Below are positions 28,787 to 37,044 of a stretch of DNA of 39,969 nucleotides, one piece after another. Origin of the DNA: an uncultured Clostridia bacterium (GTDB taxonomy: Bacteria; Bacillota; Clostridia; TANB77; CAG-508). Within the stretch, counting starts at the first letter, position 1, and each line of letters begins with the position of its first letter. The stretch is from contig CARDEQ010000001.1 in assembly GCA_948958005.1 (NCBI GenBank), forward strand, positions 4,142 to 44,110, written 5' to 3'. Below the pieces are notes generated by a model. That model saw only the letters and a program-made list of their open reading frames with translations. It was not told the origin of the DNA and did not search any database. The position numbers and the translations under genes were made by a program.

Positions 28787-29135
28787 TTATCTGCTTTCGC
28801 CATCGTTTACCTCCAAAATTTCTAATATTTCAAGTATGTAATAATCTTTTCCTGGATTTGCTCCACATTCTTCTTTGCCTTGTCCGCATTCTTAATTTAC
28901 AAGTACACCAAATTTCTGGAGAATTATAACTATAACCATTTCTAAAAATCACATCAAATTTTTCTTCTCTCATTTTTCTTTCTATCAATTCTTCAGAACA
29001 AAACTCAAACGGAAATCCTAGTAGTGCTTTTCCTATTCTACTTGCCCAATATGGCTTAATCTCTCTATACTCTTCTTTTTTCTCGCCTGATAAAATCATA
29101 TCAAACCATTTCTTTTTTATTGGTAGCACTAGCAT
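28787..29135 (-). CDS. ASCH-domain protein; one in-frame CGG +1 site (28886)
   Basis: PIKKKWFDMILSGEKKEEYREIKPYW. After ..CKLRM the shift gives GQGKEECGANPGKDYYILEI, which is family-like, instead of an Arg-rich tail. Confidence 0.65.
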
Positions 29136-29138
29136 TTG

Positions 29139-29420
29139 CTATTCATCCATTTCCTTTAACATCAATTTCTTAATTCCTTCTAATGCTCCTATTACAACAT
29201 CTATACTTTCTATTTTTTTAAAGTGTAAACTTACTAGCATTTGATCTATATTATTTTTCTTATTTTCTAATCTTTCACCTATTTCATACTTTCTATCCAG
29301 ATCTGTAAAATATACTACGCCTACACCATCTGTTCTCATTACGCTTCCTGTACAAACATCCCCATCTCCAAATTCTATTACTTTTGTATTTAATACTATC
29401 ATTTTCTTCTTTCCTTTCAT
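29139..29420 (-). CDS. hypothetical protein
   Basis: 93-aa ORF. Its ATG is in an ATGA overlap with the upstream shifted ORF. Confidence 0.5.
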   Translation of the reverse strand: MKGKKKMIVLNTKVIEFGDGDVCTGSVMRTDGVGVVYFTDLDRKYEIGERLENKKNNIDQMLVSLHFKKIESIDVVIGALEGIKKLMLKEMDE

Positions 29421-29669
29421 TTTATAGCCATTAAGCTTCTATATCCATCTTCTAAGACACCGATTTCTATATCTAATTGTTCTATATTTTTCTCCTGATG
29501 CAGGTCTATTTTCTATTTGCACTGTTTTTAATCTATCTACTATTTCTGTTATTTTTTCTAGAAGCTCATACTAACTCCTTACTACGTATGCTTTTTTCCT
29601 TCCTTGAGCATCATTCTTCCATCCGCTTTTATACTTATTGCTGCCTGGGTATTTTAAGATTGACCTCAT
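29417..29669 (-). CDS. hypothetical ORF interrupted by an in-frame TAG (29573-29571) and a CGG-T site (29462)
   Basis: RBS GGAGGATAA then ATG 29669. It ends in an ATGA overlap with the next gene only if the CGG shift is applied. Confidence 0.3.
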
Positions 29670-29673
29670 TTGA

Positions 29674-30517
29674 TTATCCTCCTAATTTTATCTGTTTTTC
29701 ATTTATTATTGCCTCTATTGTTATCTGTCCATCTTCCAAAATTCCATTTAGTACATCTTCATTTAACATTCTTTGCTTTGCTAGCTTATAAAATTCTTTT
29801 TTTATTTCAAAGCCATAACAATTTCTTTTTAATTCTGCACAAGCTCGTAATGTTGATCCACTTCCTGCAACAGGATCAATTACAGAGTCTCCCTCATCTG
29901 TGAATATTCTTATTAATTCTTTTAACATTTCTACTGGTTTTTGTGTTGGATGTATCTTAGGATAATATCTTACATTGTCTCTTTTCCATTCAAACCAGTT
30001 AAATATCATTTTTCCTTTTTCAGCTTCTGTTTTTCCATTGTTGAATTTCGGTAGTTTATCTCTATAAAGTACTACAGCATATTCAGTTGCTCCTACTATT
30101 TTCATATTTGCTTTTAACACCGATGCCGAATAGTTTTTTATAAATATTAAGGGATAACTTTTCATTAATCCATGTTTTTTAGCTTCGTCAATAACCATTT
30201 GCATTTGTTCAAAAGCACAAAACACTATCATTGCTGGTGCTTGTCCGCTTCTCTTTTGGTTCTTTCTTTAAATATCTAGTGCAAAAATCAAAGAAGTTGT
30301 TAATTTTAAAATCATTATCTGTGTCAAAAAAGCTTTTTCCCGCTAGCTCACTTTCACCATTTTTATTGTTGCCATCTACATACCATGTTGGATTACTTGC
30401 ATAGGCATTATTTCCCAAATTGTATGGGATATCAGCTATAATCAATTGTGCGTGTGGTATTCCATATCTTTTGGCATTTTCAAAATGGTCATTGTATAAT
30501 TCTATCTTTATACTCAT
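29674..30517 (-). CDS. DNA methyltransferase, N4/N6 (beta-class; DPPY-like ADIPYN then VIDPVAGSGST); one in-frame CGG +1 site (30247)
   Basis: ORFs 30209-30541 and 29674-30231 join as ..KEPKEK-G-QAPAMIVFCAF. Confidence 0.8.
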
Positions 30518-30550
30518 TCCAACGCTTCTCCTTTGCTTCAATTCTTTTGT

Positions 30551-30733
30551 TTATTCTTGTTTAATAACAACTGGGCTGATTTTATTGTTTATATCTATTA
30601 ATAATCTAACTATTGATTGTATTTCTTTAAATTCTAATACTTGCTTTTTCTTATTAACAAAATTATTTAATATTTCTTTATCTTCATCATTCATTTTTAG
30701 GCATATCCTTTCTATTGCTTTTTTAATACTCAT
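30551..30733 (-). CDS. hypothetical protein
   Basis: 60-aa co-oriented ORF. Confidence 0.4.
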   Translation of the reverse strand: MSIKKAIERICLKMNDEDKEILNNFVNKKKQVLEFKEIQSIVRLLIDINNKISPVVIKQE

Positions 30734-31133
30734 TTATCTGAACTATAACTTTTGGCGTTTTTGCATACTTCTTAAAAATTCTTACATCTGTTATCTGTGA
30801 GTCATCTTTGAAAGCAAATTTGTTTAATGCATCACTTATTATTTTCCCTATGTTATCCCAATCAGGCTTTTTTGTTGGACTTATTCCTCCACATAGCATT
30901 TCCGCTTCTTTTTTCTTGCTTGTACTTTTTGGTATTTCAAAATATGCTATAATTGTCATTGTTACTCTACCTTCAATCGGTTTGTAATTTGGATATTTGA
31001 GTGTAAATATTTGACGTACCAAATACTCATAATTTTTTGTTTTCGTCGGTGTATAAGCCCTTCCTGTATATGTATTCATTCGTGGTCTTGCTTTTCCTGT
31101 TATGCTTTCTTCTATCTCTATTTCATACTTCAT
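30723..31133 (-). CDS. rusA: RusA-family Holliday junction resolvase
   Basis: ITGKARPRMN..YTPTKT..Y, KKPDWDNIGKIISDALN..AFKDDSQI. Start at MKYEIE behind an AGAGGTGGA RBS. Confidence 0.75.
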   Translation of the reverse strand: MKYEIEIEESITGKARPRMNTYTGRAYTPTKTKNYEYLVRQIFTLKYPNYKPIEGRVTMTIIAYFEIPKSTSKKKEAEMLCGGISPTKKPDWDNIGKIISDALNKFAFKDDSQITDVRIFKKYAKTPKVIVQINEY

Positions 31134-31146
31134 TTGTTCCACCTCT

Positions 31147-31422
31147 TTATTTTTCTGGCATTTCGTATATTCTTGGAGCCATATCATATGTAGTTGTTTT
31201 AGTCCTTGGATCTATTGATAATACAATCCTTTTATATGTATTTACTATCATTTTAAGTATTTCTTGAGCTCTTTCGTAGCTTTCATAAGTTCCTATTGTA
31301 TCCCCATAATCCCCATCATAATTTATAACTATGTCAAATTCATTTTCGTCCGATTCTATTTTTATAAAGTTCATTCTTTCAAAGCATATTATTGCATTCT
31401 TATTTTGGTTTAATATCAACAT
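31147..31422 (-). CDS. hypothetical protein (paralogue of 31533-31801)
   Basis: Shares YERAQEILKMIVNTY and the C-terminal YEMPEK with the neighbouring gene. Confidence 0.5.
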   Translation of the reverse strand: MLILNQNKNAIICFERMNFIKIESDENEFDIVINYDGDYGDTIGTYESYERAQEILKMIVNTYKRIVLSIDPRTKTTTYDMAPRIYEMPEK

Positions 31423-31426
31423 TTTT

Positions 31427-31528
31427 TCATTCCTCCTTCTTACTTTCTAAATGTTCAATTATTTTAATTACAATATCTGCAAGTATAGTTGCAACTATTA
31501 TTGTTCCTGCAATTATCCAACTTACCAT
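31427..31528 (-). CDS. small hydrophobic protein (33 aa)
   Basis: ATG 31528, sequence MVSWIIAGTIIVATILADIVIKII... Its stop overlaps the next RBS/ATG. Confidence 0.35.
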   Translation of the reverse strand: MVSWIIAGTIIVATILADIVIKIIEHLESKKEE

Positions 31529-31532
31529 TCGT

Positions 31533-31801
31533 TTACTCCTTCGGCATTTCATAAACTTTTGGTATATTAAATACATTTGGCTGTATATCCATGTGACCTT
31601 GCATTATTGCAGGTCCATCTCTAAGTTCTAAATAACTAGTATATTCTTTTATTATCTCTTGCAATACTTCTTTTGCTCTTTTTTTGTTTCATATTTTCCT
31701 AATGTTCCTATTTGATTTTTTATATAAAATAATTTTCTTTCACATTCTATATTTTCCCATAATTCTTCTATCCAGATATCCATATTTTCAGTAACTTTCA
31801 T
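31533..31801 (-). CDS. hypothetical protein, frame broken at an A7 run (plus T7 at 31679-31685)
   Basis: MKVTENMD..YETKK then the -1 frame RAKEVLQEIIKEYTSY..VYEMPKE, which matches the paralogue. Confidence 0.45.
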
Positions 31802-31843
31802 CTTATTTTAGCTAACTATTATCATTATTTCATTGTCCCTTCT

Positions 31844-32020
31844 TTATTCTTTTGTTATATACTCCCCTGTTTTTTTCTCAAATCTTTTGCACGTCTGCGT
31901 TAATCCCTGATCACTTCCACTTAGTAAACACTTCAAAAATCTATTATTTCCTTCATCTATTGCCCATTCGCAGTTTTCACAAATTTTTAAGCCTTTCGTT
32001 AATGAATATTCATCTTCCAT
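31844..32020 (-). CDS. small Cys-rich protein (58 aa)
   Basis: ATG 32020 overlaps the upstream stop. Contains CENCEW..C..C motifs. Confidence 0.4.
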   Translation of the reverse strand: MEDEYSLTKGLKICENCEWAIDEGNNRFLKCLLSGSDQGLTQTCKRFEKKTGEYITKE

Positions 32021-32171
32021 TTTTCTTTAATTCCTCTCGCAATTTTTCTTGCCAATCTTCTATTGCTGATACAAAATTTTCACATCGCATTACTGGCTTA
32101 AATTCTTCCTGTTCTTCTTTATTACACCCAAAACAGTAATTGCATATATTACTTTTTTCTATCTGTTTCAT
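32010..32171 (-). CDS. small Cys-rich protein
   Basis: MKQIEKSNICNYCFGC..MRCENF. Start set at ATG 32171. Confidence 0.4.
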   Translation of the reverse strand: MKQIEKSNICNYCFGCNKEEQEEFKPVMRCENFVSAIEDWQEKLREELKKNGR

Positions 32172-32194
32172 AGTCAAATCCCCTAAAAATATTC

Positions 32195-32961
32195 CTATTT
32201 TATGTTTTCTAATTCTTCGTGTAAGCAAACTATGAAATAATTTATTATTTCGACTAACTGATATTCCTGTTTTTGCATGACATATTTTTTTGTTTTCTCG
32301 TATCTTAGAGCCATTTTTTTACGTTTCAGCTGCTCTATCAAAGTTTTATGCGGACTTTGATATATTTCCTTAATTGCCCATAACATAATCTTTTGATCCA
32401 TTACTTTCTCTGGTGGCATTAAGTCATAAGCTTTTTTGTTTTTGACATACAACTCTAATCGTTCATATTGCAGTATTAATCTATCATAGTCCGCTTCCGT
32501 CAATCCGATTTCTTTGCCGCGACCCTTTATTATATATATAATTAAATAATAAGTTTAGTTTAGTTATAATGTATTCGTCTGCTTGTTCATCCGCTTGTGC
32601 GTTCGATATTGTGTTCGGTTGTTCGTCCACTTGTTCAAATTGTTTTTCTTGCTCTTTATACAATTTTATTATCGTGTATATTGAAGATTCATTTTGATTT
32701 ACTCCGTTTCTTATATAAAATGTAATCATTATTTATTAATTCGTTTCTTGCTCTTTGAAGTGCTGATATGTTCAAGCCTTTAACTTTGCTCATTAGAATA
32801 GTATTGGTTACTTTGAACTCAGTAAGCCATTCTGTCTTGCAGTCTATCTGTAGTAACATTAAATATATTGAGATAGCATTTGCCGAGATAGGCTTATAGT
32901 CCAATGTTGAATAGAATTCAGAGAGCTGCTTTTCCATATCTATTTTATTTTTCCTTTCCAC
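32195..32961 (-). CDS. putative replication organiser (DnaD-like winged helix N-terminus); two in-frame CGG +1 sites (32706, 32519)
   Basis: Three ORF-track pieces join as ..NNDYILYKK-G-VNQNESSIYTII.. and ..NYIYNKGS-G-KEIGLTEADYDRL.. Confidence 0.55.
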
Positions 32962-33127
32962 ATATTACACACTCCTTTCCTTTGTAAAGTGTCTTTATTC
33001 GCATTTGTGATTATGTTTTTGTTCTTCTTCTGTTTTTTTATTTCCTCCATGCAATATTGTTAGTGTAATAACGATGCTATGTACCCCTCAAAATATCACA
33101 AAACAAACTTTTTCATGCTATACCTCC

Positions 33128-34138
33128 TTAAAAATTTATAAATATTTTTTCTAATACAGGTACTACAATGCTATTTCCTGCCTGTTTATAAAGTTGTGTA
33201 TTACTTATAGGAATATTTTGAGCCTTTTCATAATCTCTATCACTAAATCCCATTAATCGCCAACATTCTTTTGACGTTAGTTTTCTTATTTTGATATCCT
33301 TACTTATTTTTGTTTTTAAATCTTTTACCTTTATTTCATTACCATAACCATCTACAATAAAGTTACTTACACCCGCTCGTTGATTTCCTCCTGCACTTCT
33401 TACTCCTATTGCATGAGCAATGTTTGTATTTAATGTATCATTGTCTGTCCTTCCTTCCCATTTAGTACCTTGTTGCCTATTATCAATATCTAGGATGTAC
33501 TTAATCATTCTTTCGCTTAAGTAATATTTCTTATCTACTACATCTTCTAATACATCTTTTACTCTAAAATGTAGTTCTTCTTTTTCTGGGAACTTAAACT
33601 TCCCATTGTTTATTTCTTTTCTAATGCTAATTGTGTAAACTCTTTCTCTATTTTGTGGTATTCCGTAATCCTTGGCATTAAGTATTTGGTAGTAGTTGTT
33701 ATATCCTAGCTTTTTTAATATTTCTATATATTGATTAAAGTTATGTATATGCTTTTTACTTAATATGTTTTTTACATTTTCCCAAATTACATATTTGGGT
33801 AAACACCATTTAACTATTTCCACAGTATTCCACATTAAGCTACTTCTTGTATTGGTTCCTGCATCTCCTCCTGTTTGTTTACCTGCTATTGAGAAATCTT
33901 GGCATGGACTTCCATGGGTTATAATGTCTATAAACCTTGGTAACTTGTCTATATCTATTTTTGTGATATCTCCCAAGTTTAGTTTATCATCTGAACCATG
34001 TATTGCACAGTAGCTTTTTATTGCGTATTTATCTATTTCACTAAAGCCTATTAATTTGTAATCCATGTTTATGTTATATAATGCTTTTTCAAATGCTCCG
34101 ATTCCAGAAAATAAACTTAGTATTTCTATATCTTTCAT
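33128..34138 (-). CDS. DNA (cytosine-5) methyltransferase
   Basis: FSGIGAFE (motif I), GSPCQDFS (IV), ENV (VI), GIPQNRER (VIII), QAGNSIVV (X). No adjacent restriction endonuclease. Confidence 0.9.
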   Translation of the reverse strand: MKDIEILSLFSGIGAFEKALYNINMDYKLIGFSEIDKYAIKSYCAIHGSDDKLNLGDITKIDIDKLPRFIDIITHGSPCQDFSIAGKQTGGDAGTNTRSSLMWNTVEIVKWCLPKYVIWENVKNILSKKHIHNFNQYIEILKKLGYNNYYQILNAKDYGIPQNRERVYTISIRKEINNGKFKFPEKEELHFRVKDVLEDVVDKKYYLSERMIKYILDIDNRQQGTKWEGRTDNDTLNTNIAHAIGVRSAGGNQRAGVSNFIVDGYGNEIKVKDLKTKISKDIKIRKLTSKECWRLMGFSDRDYEKAQNIPISNTQLYKQAGNSIVVPVLEKIFINF

Positions 34139-34329
34139 TATCACTCCGAACAATTTTTCTTGACTTCTATTTATTGTTTTGATAAAATATAAATAGAAAG
34201 TATTTTTGTAAATATTTTTAAGAGTTTAGTTTTGTACTTTGGTTGGTATTTGGCTAACTCTTTTTTAATCTCATTTCGCTTATTTTTTCATTAATGCTAG
34301 TGTTATAAAGTGCTAATAATAACATTTAC

Positions 34330-34641
34330 TTAATCTATCTGGCATTCTACTTCCTCCTTCTCATTTGAGTTGATTAACTTTGTTACATCCTCTAAAATAT
34401 AATCTAATTTTTGTATATCAGTTGTATCCATCAATTTCGCTTTTTTTCTCATTATGTATACTATTTGAGGATTTTCTTCAGTATCTTCTTCTAAAAATGT
34501 ATATATTCTTACCTCTAATTCTATTGATTTATATTCTTTTGTTGGTTTTATCACTTCAATGTTTGCCCAGTATTCTTTAATTTGACTTATCAAATAATAT
34601 AAACTTGTTATTTTTTCTGAAATAATTCTTTGTAATTCCAT
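34330..34641 (-). CDS. hypothetical protein
   Basis: 103-aa co-oriented ORF. Confidence 0.45.
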   Translation of the reverse strand: MELQRIISEKITSLYYLISQIKEYWANIEVIKPTKEYKSIELEVRIYTFLEEDTEENPQIVYIMRKKAKLMDTTDIQKLDYILEDVTKLINSNEKEEVECQID

Positions 34642-34710
34642 TTTCTTTTCTCCTACTTGATTTTTTTATTTAATTCTGCTATACTTAAATTGATTTACTA
34701 ATTCGAGATG

Positions 34711-34890
34711 TTATTTTTGCTGAAATAACGTCTCATTTATTTTGTCATACTTATATACGATTGTTCCTTCCCCTCGCATAATTTTTCGTATTAGCATTGT
34801 CTTTTGATGTTCTAGTCTATTAATTTGATTTAATGCTAAACATAGCAAGAACATCATTACTATACTTGCTATCATTATGAAGTATCCCAT
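34711..34890 (-). CDS. small membrane protein (59 aa)
   Basis: RBS AAAGGAGG then ATG 34890, with an N-terminal TM helix. Confidence 0.4.
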   Translation of the reverse strand: MGYFIMIASIVMMFLLCLALNQINRLEHQKTMLIRKIMRGEGTIVYKYDKINETLFQQK

Positions 34891-35025
34891 TACTTTCGCC
34901 TCCTTTCACTTATTTTTCTATATTGCTTATCTTATAAATGCTATTGCTATAATTGATAGATATATTAGTTCAAATGCTATTGACCCTAGTTTCTCTTTTA
35001 GTTTCATTTGTTTTCACACTCCTTT

Positions 35026-35145
35026 CTATTCTGCTTTTGTATAAATTAATTTTAAATAGTCCTCTACTCTTTTCATCATTTCTTCTTTTTGCTGTTCAGT
35101 AGGAGGATTTACAACTACTACCTTTAATTTACTTTCTTTTTTCAT
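35026..35145 (-). CDS. small hypothetical protein (39 aa)
   Basis: ATG 35145, sequence MKKESKLKVVVVNPPTEQQKEEMMKRVEDYLKLIY. Confidence 0.35.
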   Translation of the reverse strand: MKKESKLKVVVVNPPTEQQKEEMMKRVEDYLKLIYTKAE

Positions 35146-35288
35146 ATTCAACACCTCTCTATATCTTATATGGAGTGTTTGTACAGTTTGCTATTTTTTA
35201 CACTTGTATAATCTCCTTTCTTTTGTTGAATTTTCTGTTATTTTGTTATATAATTAACTCAATTCTTCAAAAAAAGGAGTTAATTTTT

Positions 35289-35657
35289 ATGATTTTAAGA
35301 AATTTCAAACGTAAATTTTTCAGATATCTAATACTCGAAGCCAAAAAACGTAATTCCACTCATTTCGATGGTGTAGAATTGCAATTAGTTAGTCATATTA
35401 TGAAAGTTGACTTAGACGACACCGAATTTTTGTCTGTCCTTAAGTACTTACAAGTCAAAGAGTTTATAGTTCCTAAATTTGCTCAAGATAATTCATTAGA
35501 AAGCCTTGACCTCACTCAAAAAGGGGTACACTATTATGACAATAAACTCGAATTTTGGAAACAATTTGCCTTATCAAAAATATCTGATATTATTGTTTCT
35601 ACTATAACTGCAATTCTTGTAACTATTATTACAAGCTATATACTACATATTTCTTAA
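35289..35657 (+). CDS. winged-helix-like protein with C-terminal TM anchor, antisense to the early operon
   Basis: RBS AAAGGAG then ATG 35289, with a C-terminal hydrophobic helix IIVSTITAILVTIITSYIL. Confidence 0.5.
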   Translation: MILRNFKRKFFRYLILEAKKRNSTHFDGVELQLVSHIMKVDLDDTEFLSVLKYLQVKEFIVPKFAQDNSLESLDLTQKGVHYYDNKLEFWKQFALSKISDIIVSTITAILVTIITSYILHIS

Positions 35658-35756
35658 TATTTGCATTACTATAACAGTGACTATTGATGCTGGAATACAT
35701 ACAAAAATAACTTTGTCAATTATTAGGAGTATGTATTTTAGTATCTTTTTTTTCAT
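35643..35756 (-). CDS. small TM peptide (37 aa), 3' end overlaps 35289-35657
   Basis: RBS AAGGAGGAAAA then ATG 35756. Confidence 0.35.
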   Translation of the reverse strand: MKKKILKYILLIIDKVIFVCIPASIVTVIVMQILRNM

Positions 35757-35826
35757 TCTTTTTTCCTCCTTATTTAGATTTTTTGTTTTACTTTGGTCAT
35801 ATTTTGTTATATAATCACTTCATAGA

Positions 35827-36162
35827 TTGGAGGTGATTATTATTAATCCTCTAACAGGATCACATAGAAAATTATTTAAACTAATTTATAAAAGATTTAA
35901 AAGTAGTAATTTAATTAGCTACAAAGAGTTAGAAGATATTTTCCCTGATACCGATATATTATACGAAGATTTAACATATTTAATGGTTACTGCAAAGTTG
36001 GTTATTTCTGATAATAACGGATGTTATCTTCCCTCTTCTTTGGGTAGAAATTATTTTAAGTTAGAAACAATTAAATCAATTGAAATTGTTTTAACTTCTA
36101 TATTTTGCCCTATTGTTGTTGCATTTCTTACTACTCTAATAACTTTATGGTTAAAAGGCTAA
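35827..36162 (+). CDS. second winged-helix-like protein with C-terminal TM anchor
   Basis: GGAGGTGA RBS region with a non-ATG start (TTG/GTG). Same architecture as 35289-35657. Confidence 0.45.
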   Translation: MEVIIINPLTGSHRKLFKLIYKRFKSSNLISYKELEDIFPDTDILYEDLTYLMVTAKLVISDNNGCYLPSSLGRNYFKLETIKSIEIVLTSIFCPIVVAFLTTLITLWLKG

Positions 36163-36253
36163 TTGCAATTGATAATGGTATTTGTATAAAAAGCATTGTT
36201 TTATATGGGTGTTCTTCTATCCATTTTACAAATTTTATAAAATATTCTGGCAT
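36131..36253 (-). CDS. small TM peptide (40 aa), 3' end overlaps 35827-36162
   Basis: RBS AAGGAGAG then ATG 36253. Confidence 0.35.
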   Translation of the reverse strand: MPEYFIKFVKWIEEHPYKTMLFIQIPLSIAISLLTIKLLE

Positions 36254-36269
36254 ATTTAACTCTCCTTAT

Positions 36270-36635
36270 TTAGATTTTTGTTGAATTATTTTCTGGAAAA
36301 CCTTTTATTATTTCTATGTCTTTACCTTTTTTATAGTAATTATCTATATTGTTATATCCATTTTCAATTATATATGTTTTATATTTATCCATATAAAACC
36401 TTTCTCTGTCTTTATTCTCATAAGATACTCCTGTTTCTAATTCATAAAAAGCAAATTTATCTTCTCCATATTTGTTAAAATCTTCTTACAATAGTTTGTT
36501 GCTATGTTTGCTATGTCTCAAAAATGCTCGATGTGTTTGTAATCTACTTTTCAAATCTTGCCTTGTTGCTCCAATATAAATATTTTTATTAACTGTACAT
36601 TGTATTGCATAAATCGTATATAGCTTTTCAATCAT
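36270..36635 (-). pseudogene. GIY-YIG nuclease-domain protein with in-frame TAA (36488-36486)
   Basis: YTIYAIQCTVNKNIYIGATRQDLKSRLQTHR..HSNKLL*EDFNKYGEDKFAFYELE. The stop is at a position where Gln (CAA) is expected. Confidence 0.65.
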
Positions 36636-36654
36636 TTTCGTTCACTTCCTTTCT

Positions 36655-36678
36655 GTTTGCACATTATTTTGTGCTTAT
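36655..36678. promoter_or_regulatory. distal copy of the switch operator GTTTGCACAnTATTTTGTGCTTAT
   Basis: 23 of 24 positions identical to 36896-36919. Overlaps the 3' end of the cro-like gene. Confidence 0.6.
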
Positions 36679-36878
36679 TTGTCAAAAAAAATAGTGGAAA
36701 CCTTATGTCCTAATGCATTTGCTAACTTATTCATGATTTCATAAGTAACATTCACATTATTTTGTGTTTCTAATGCAGATATTGTATTCCTTGACACTTC
36801 TGCTTTTTTTGCCAATTCTTGTTGTGTAAATCCTGCTTTTTCTCTATAATATTTCAATTTGTTAGCCACTTTTTCCAC
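36675..36878 (-). CDS. Cro/XRE-like HTH regulator
   Basis: GFTQQELAKKAEVSRNTISALE is an HTH_3 pattern. First gene of the leftward early operon. Confidence 0.8.
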   Translation of the reverse strand: MEKVANKLKYYREKAGFTQQELAKKAEVSRNTISALETQNNVNVTYEIMNKLANALGHKVSTIFFDK

Positions 36879-36895
36879 CTCACTTTTTTACTTTT

Positions 36896-36964
36896 GTTTG
36901 CACAGTATTTTGTGCTTATGAGTATATTATATGCTAAAAAAAATATTTGTCAAGTATTTTGTGC
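36896..36964 (-). promoter_or_regulatory. early leftward promoter TTGACA-16-TATAAT with flanking operators
   Basis: -35 at 36953-36948 and -10 at 36931-36926 (minus). Operator at 36896-36919 and the related half-site AGTATTTTGTGC at 36953-36964. Confidence 0.65.
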
Positions 36965-36991
36965 AAATTTTTTAAAAATTTTTTTTATCTA

Positions 36992-37020
36992 TTGATTTTT
37001 TGCACATTCTATTGTACAAT
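36992..37020 (+). promoter_or_regulatory. repressor promoter TTGATT-17-TACAAT containing a TTGCACA operator half-site
   Basis: -35 at 36992-36997 and -10 at 37015-37020. RBS AAAGGTGA, ATG 37045. Confidence 0.6.
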
Positions 37021-37044
37021 ATAATTGTTGAAAGGTGATTTAAT

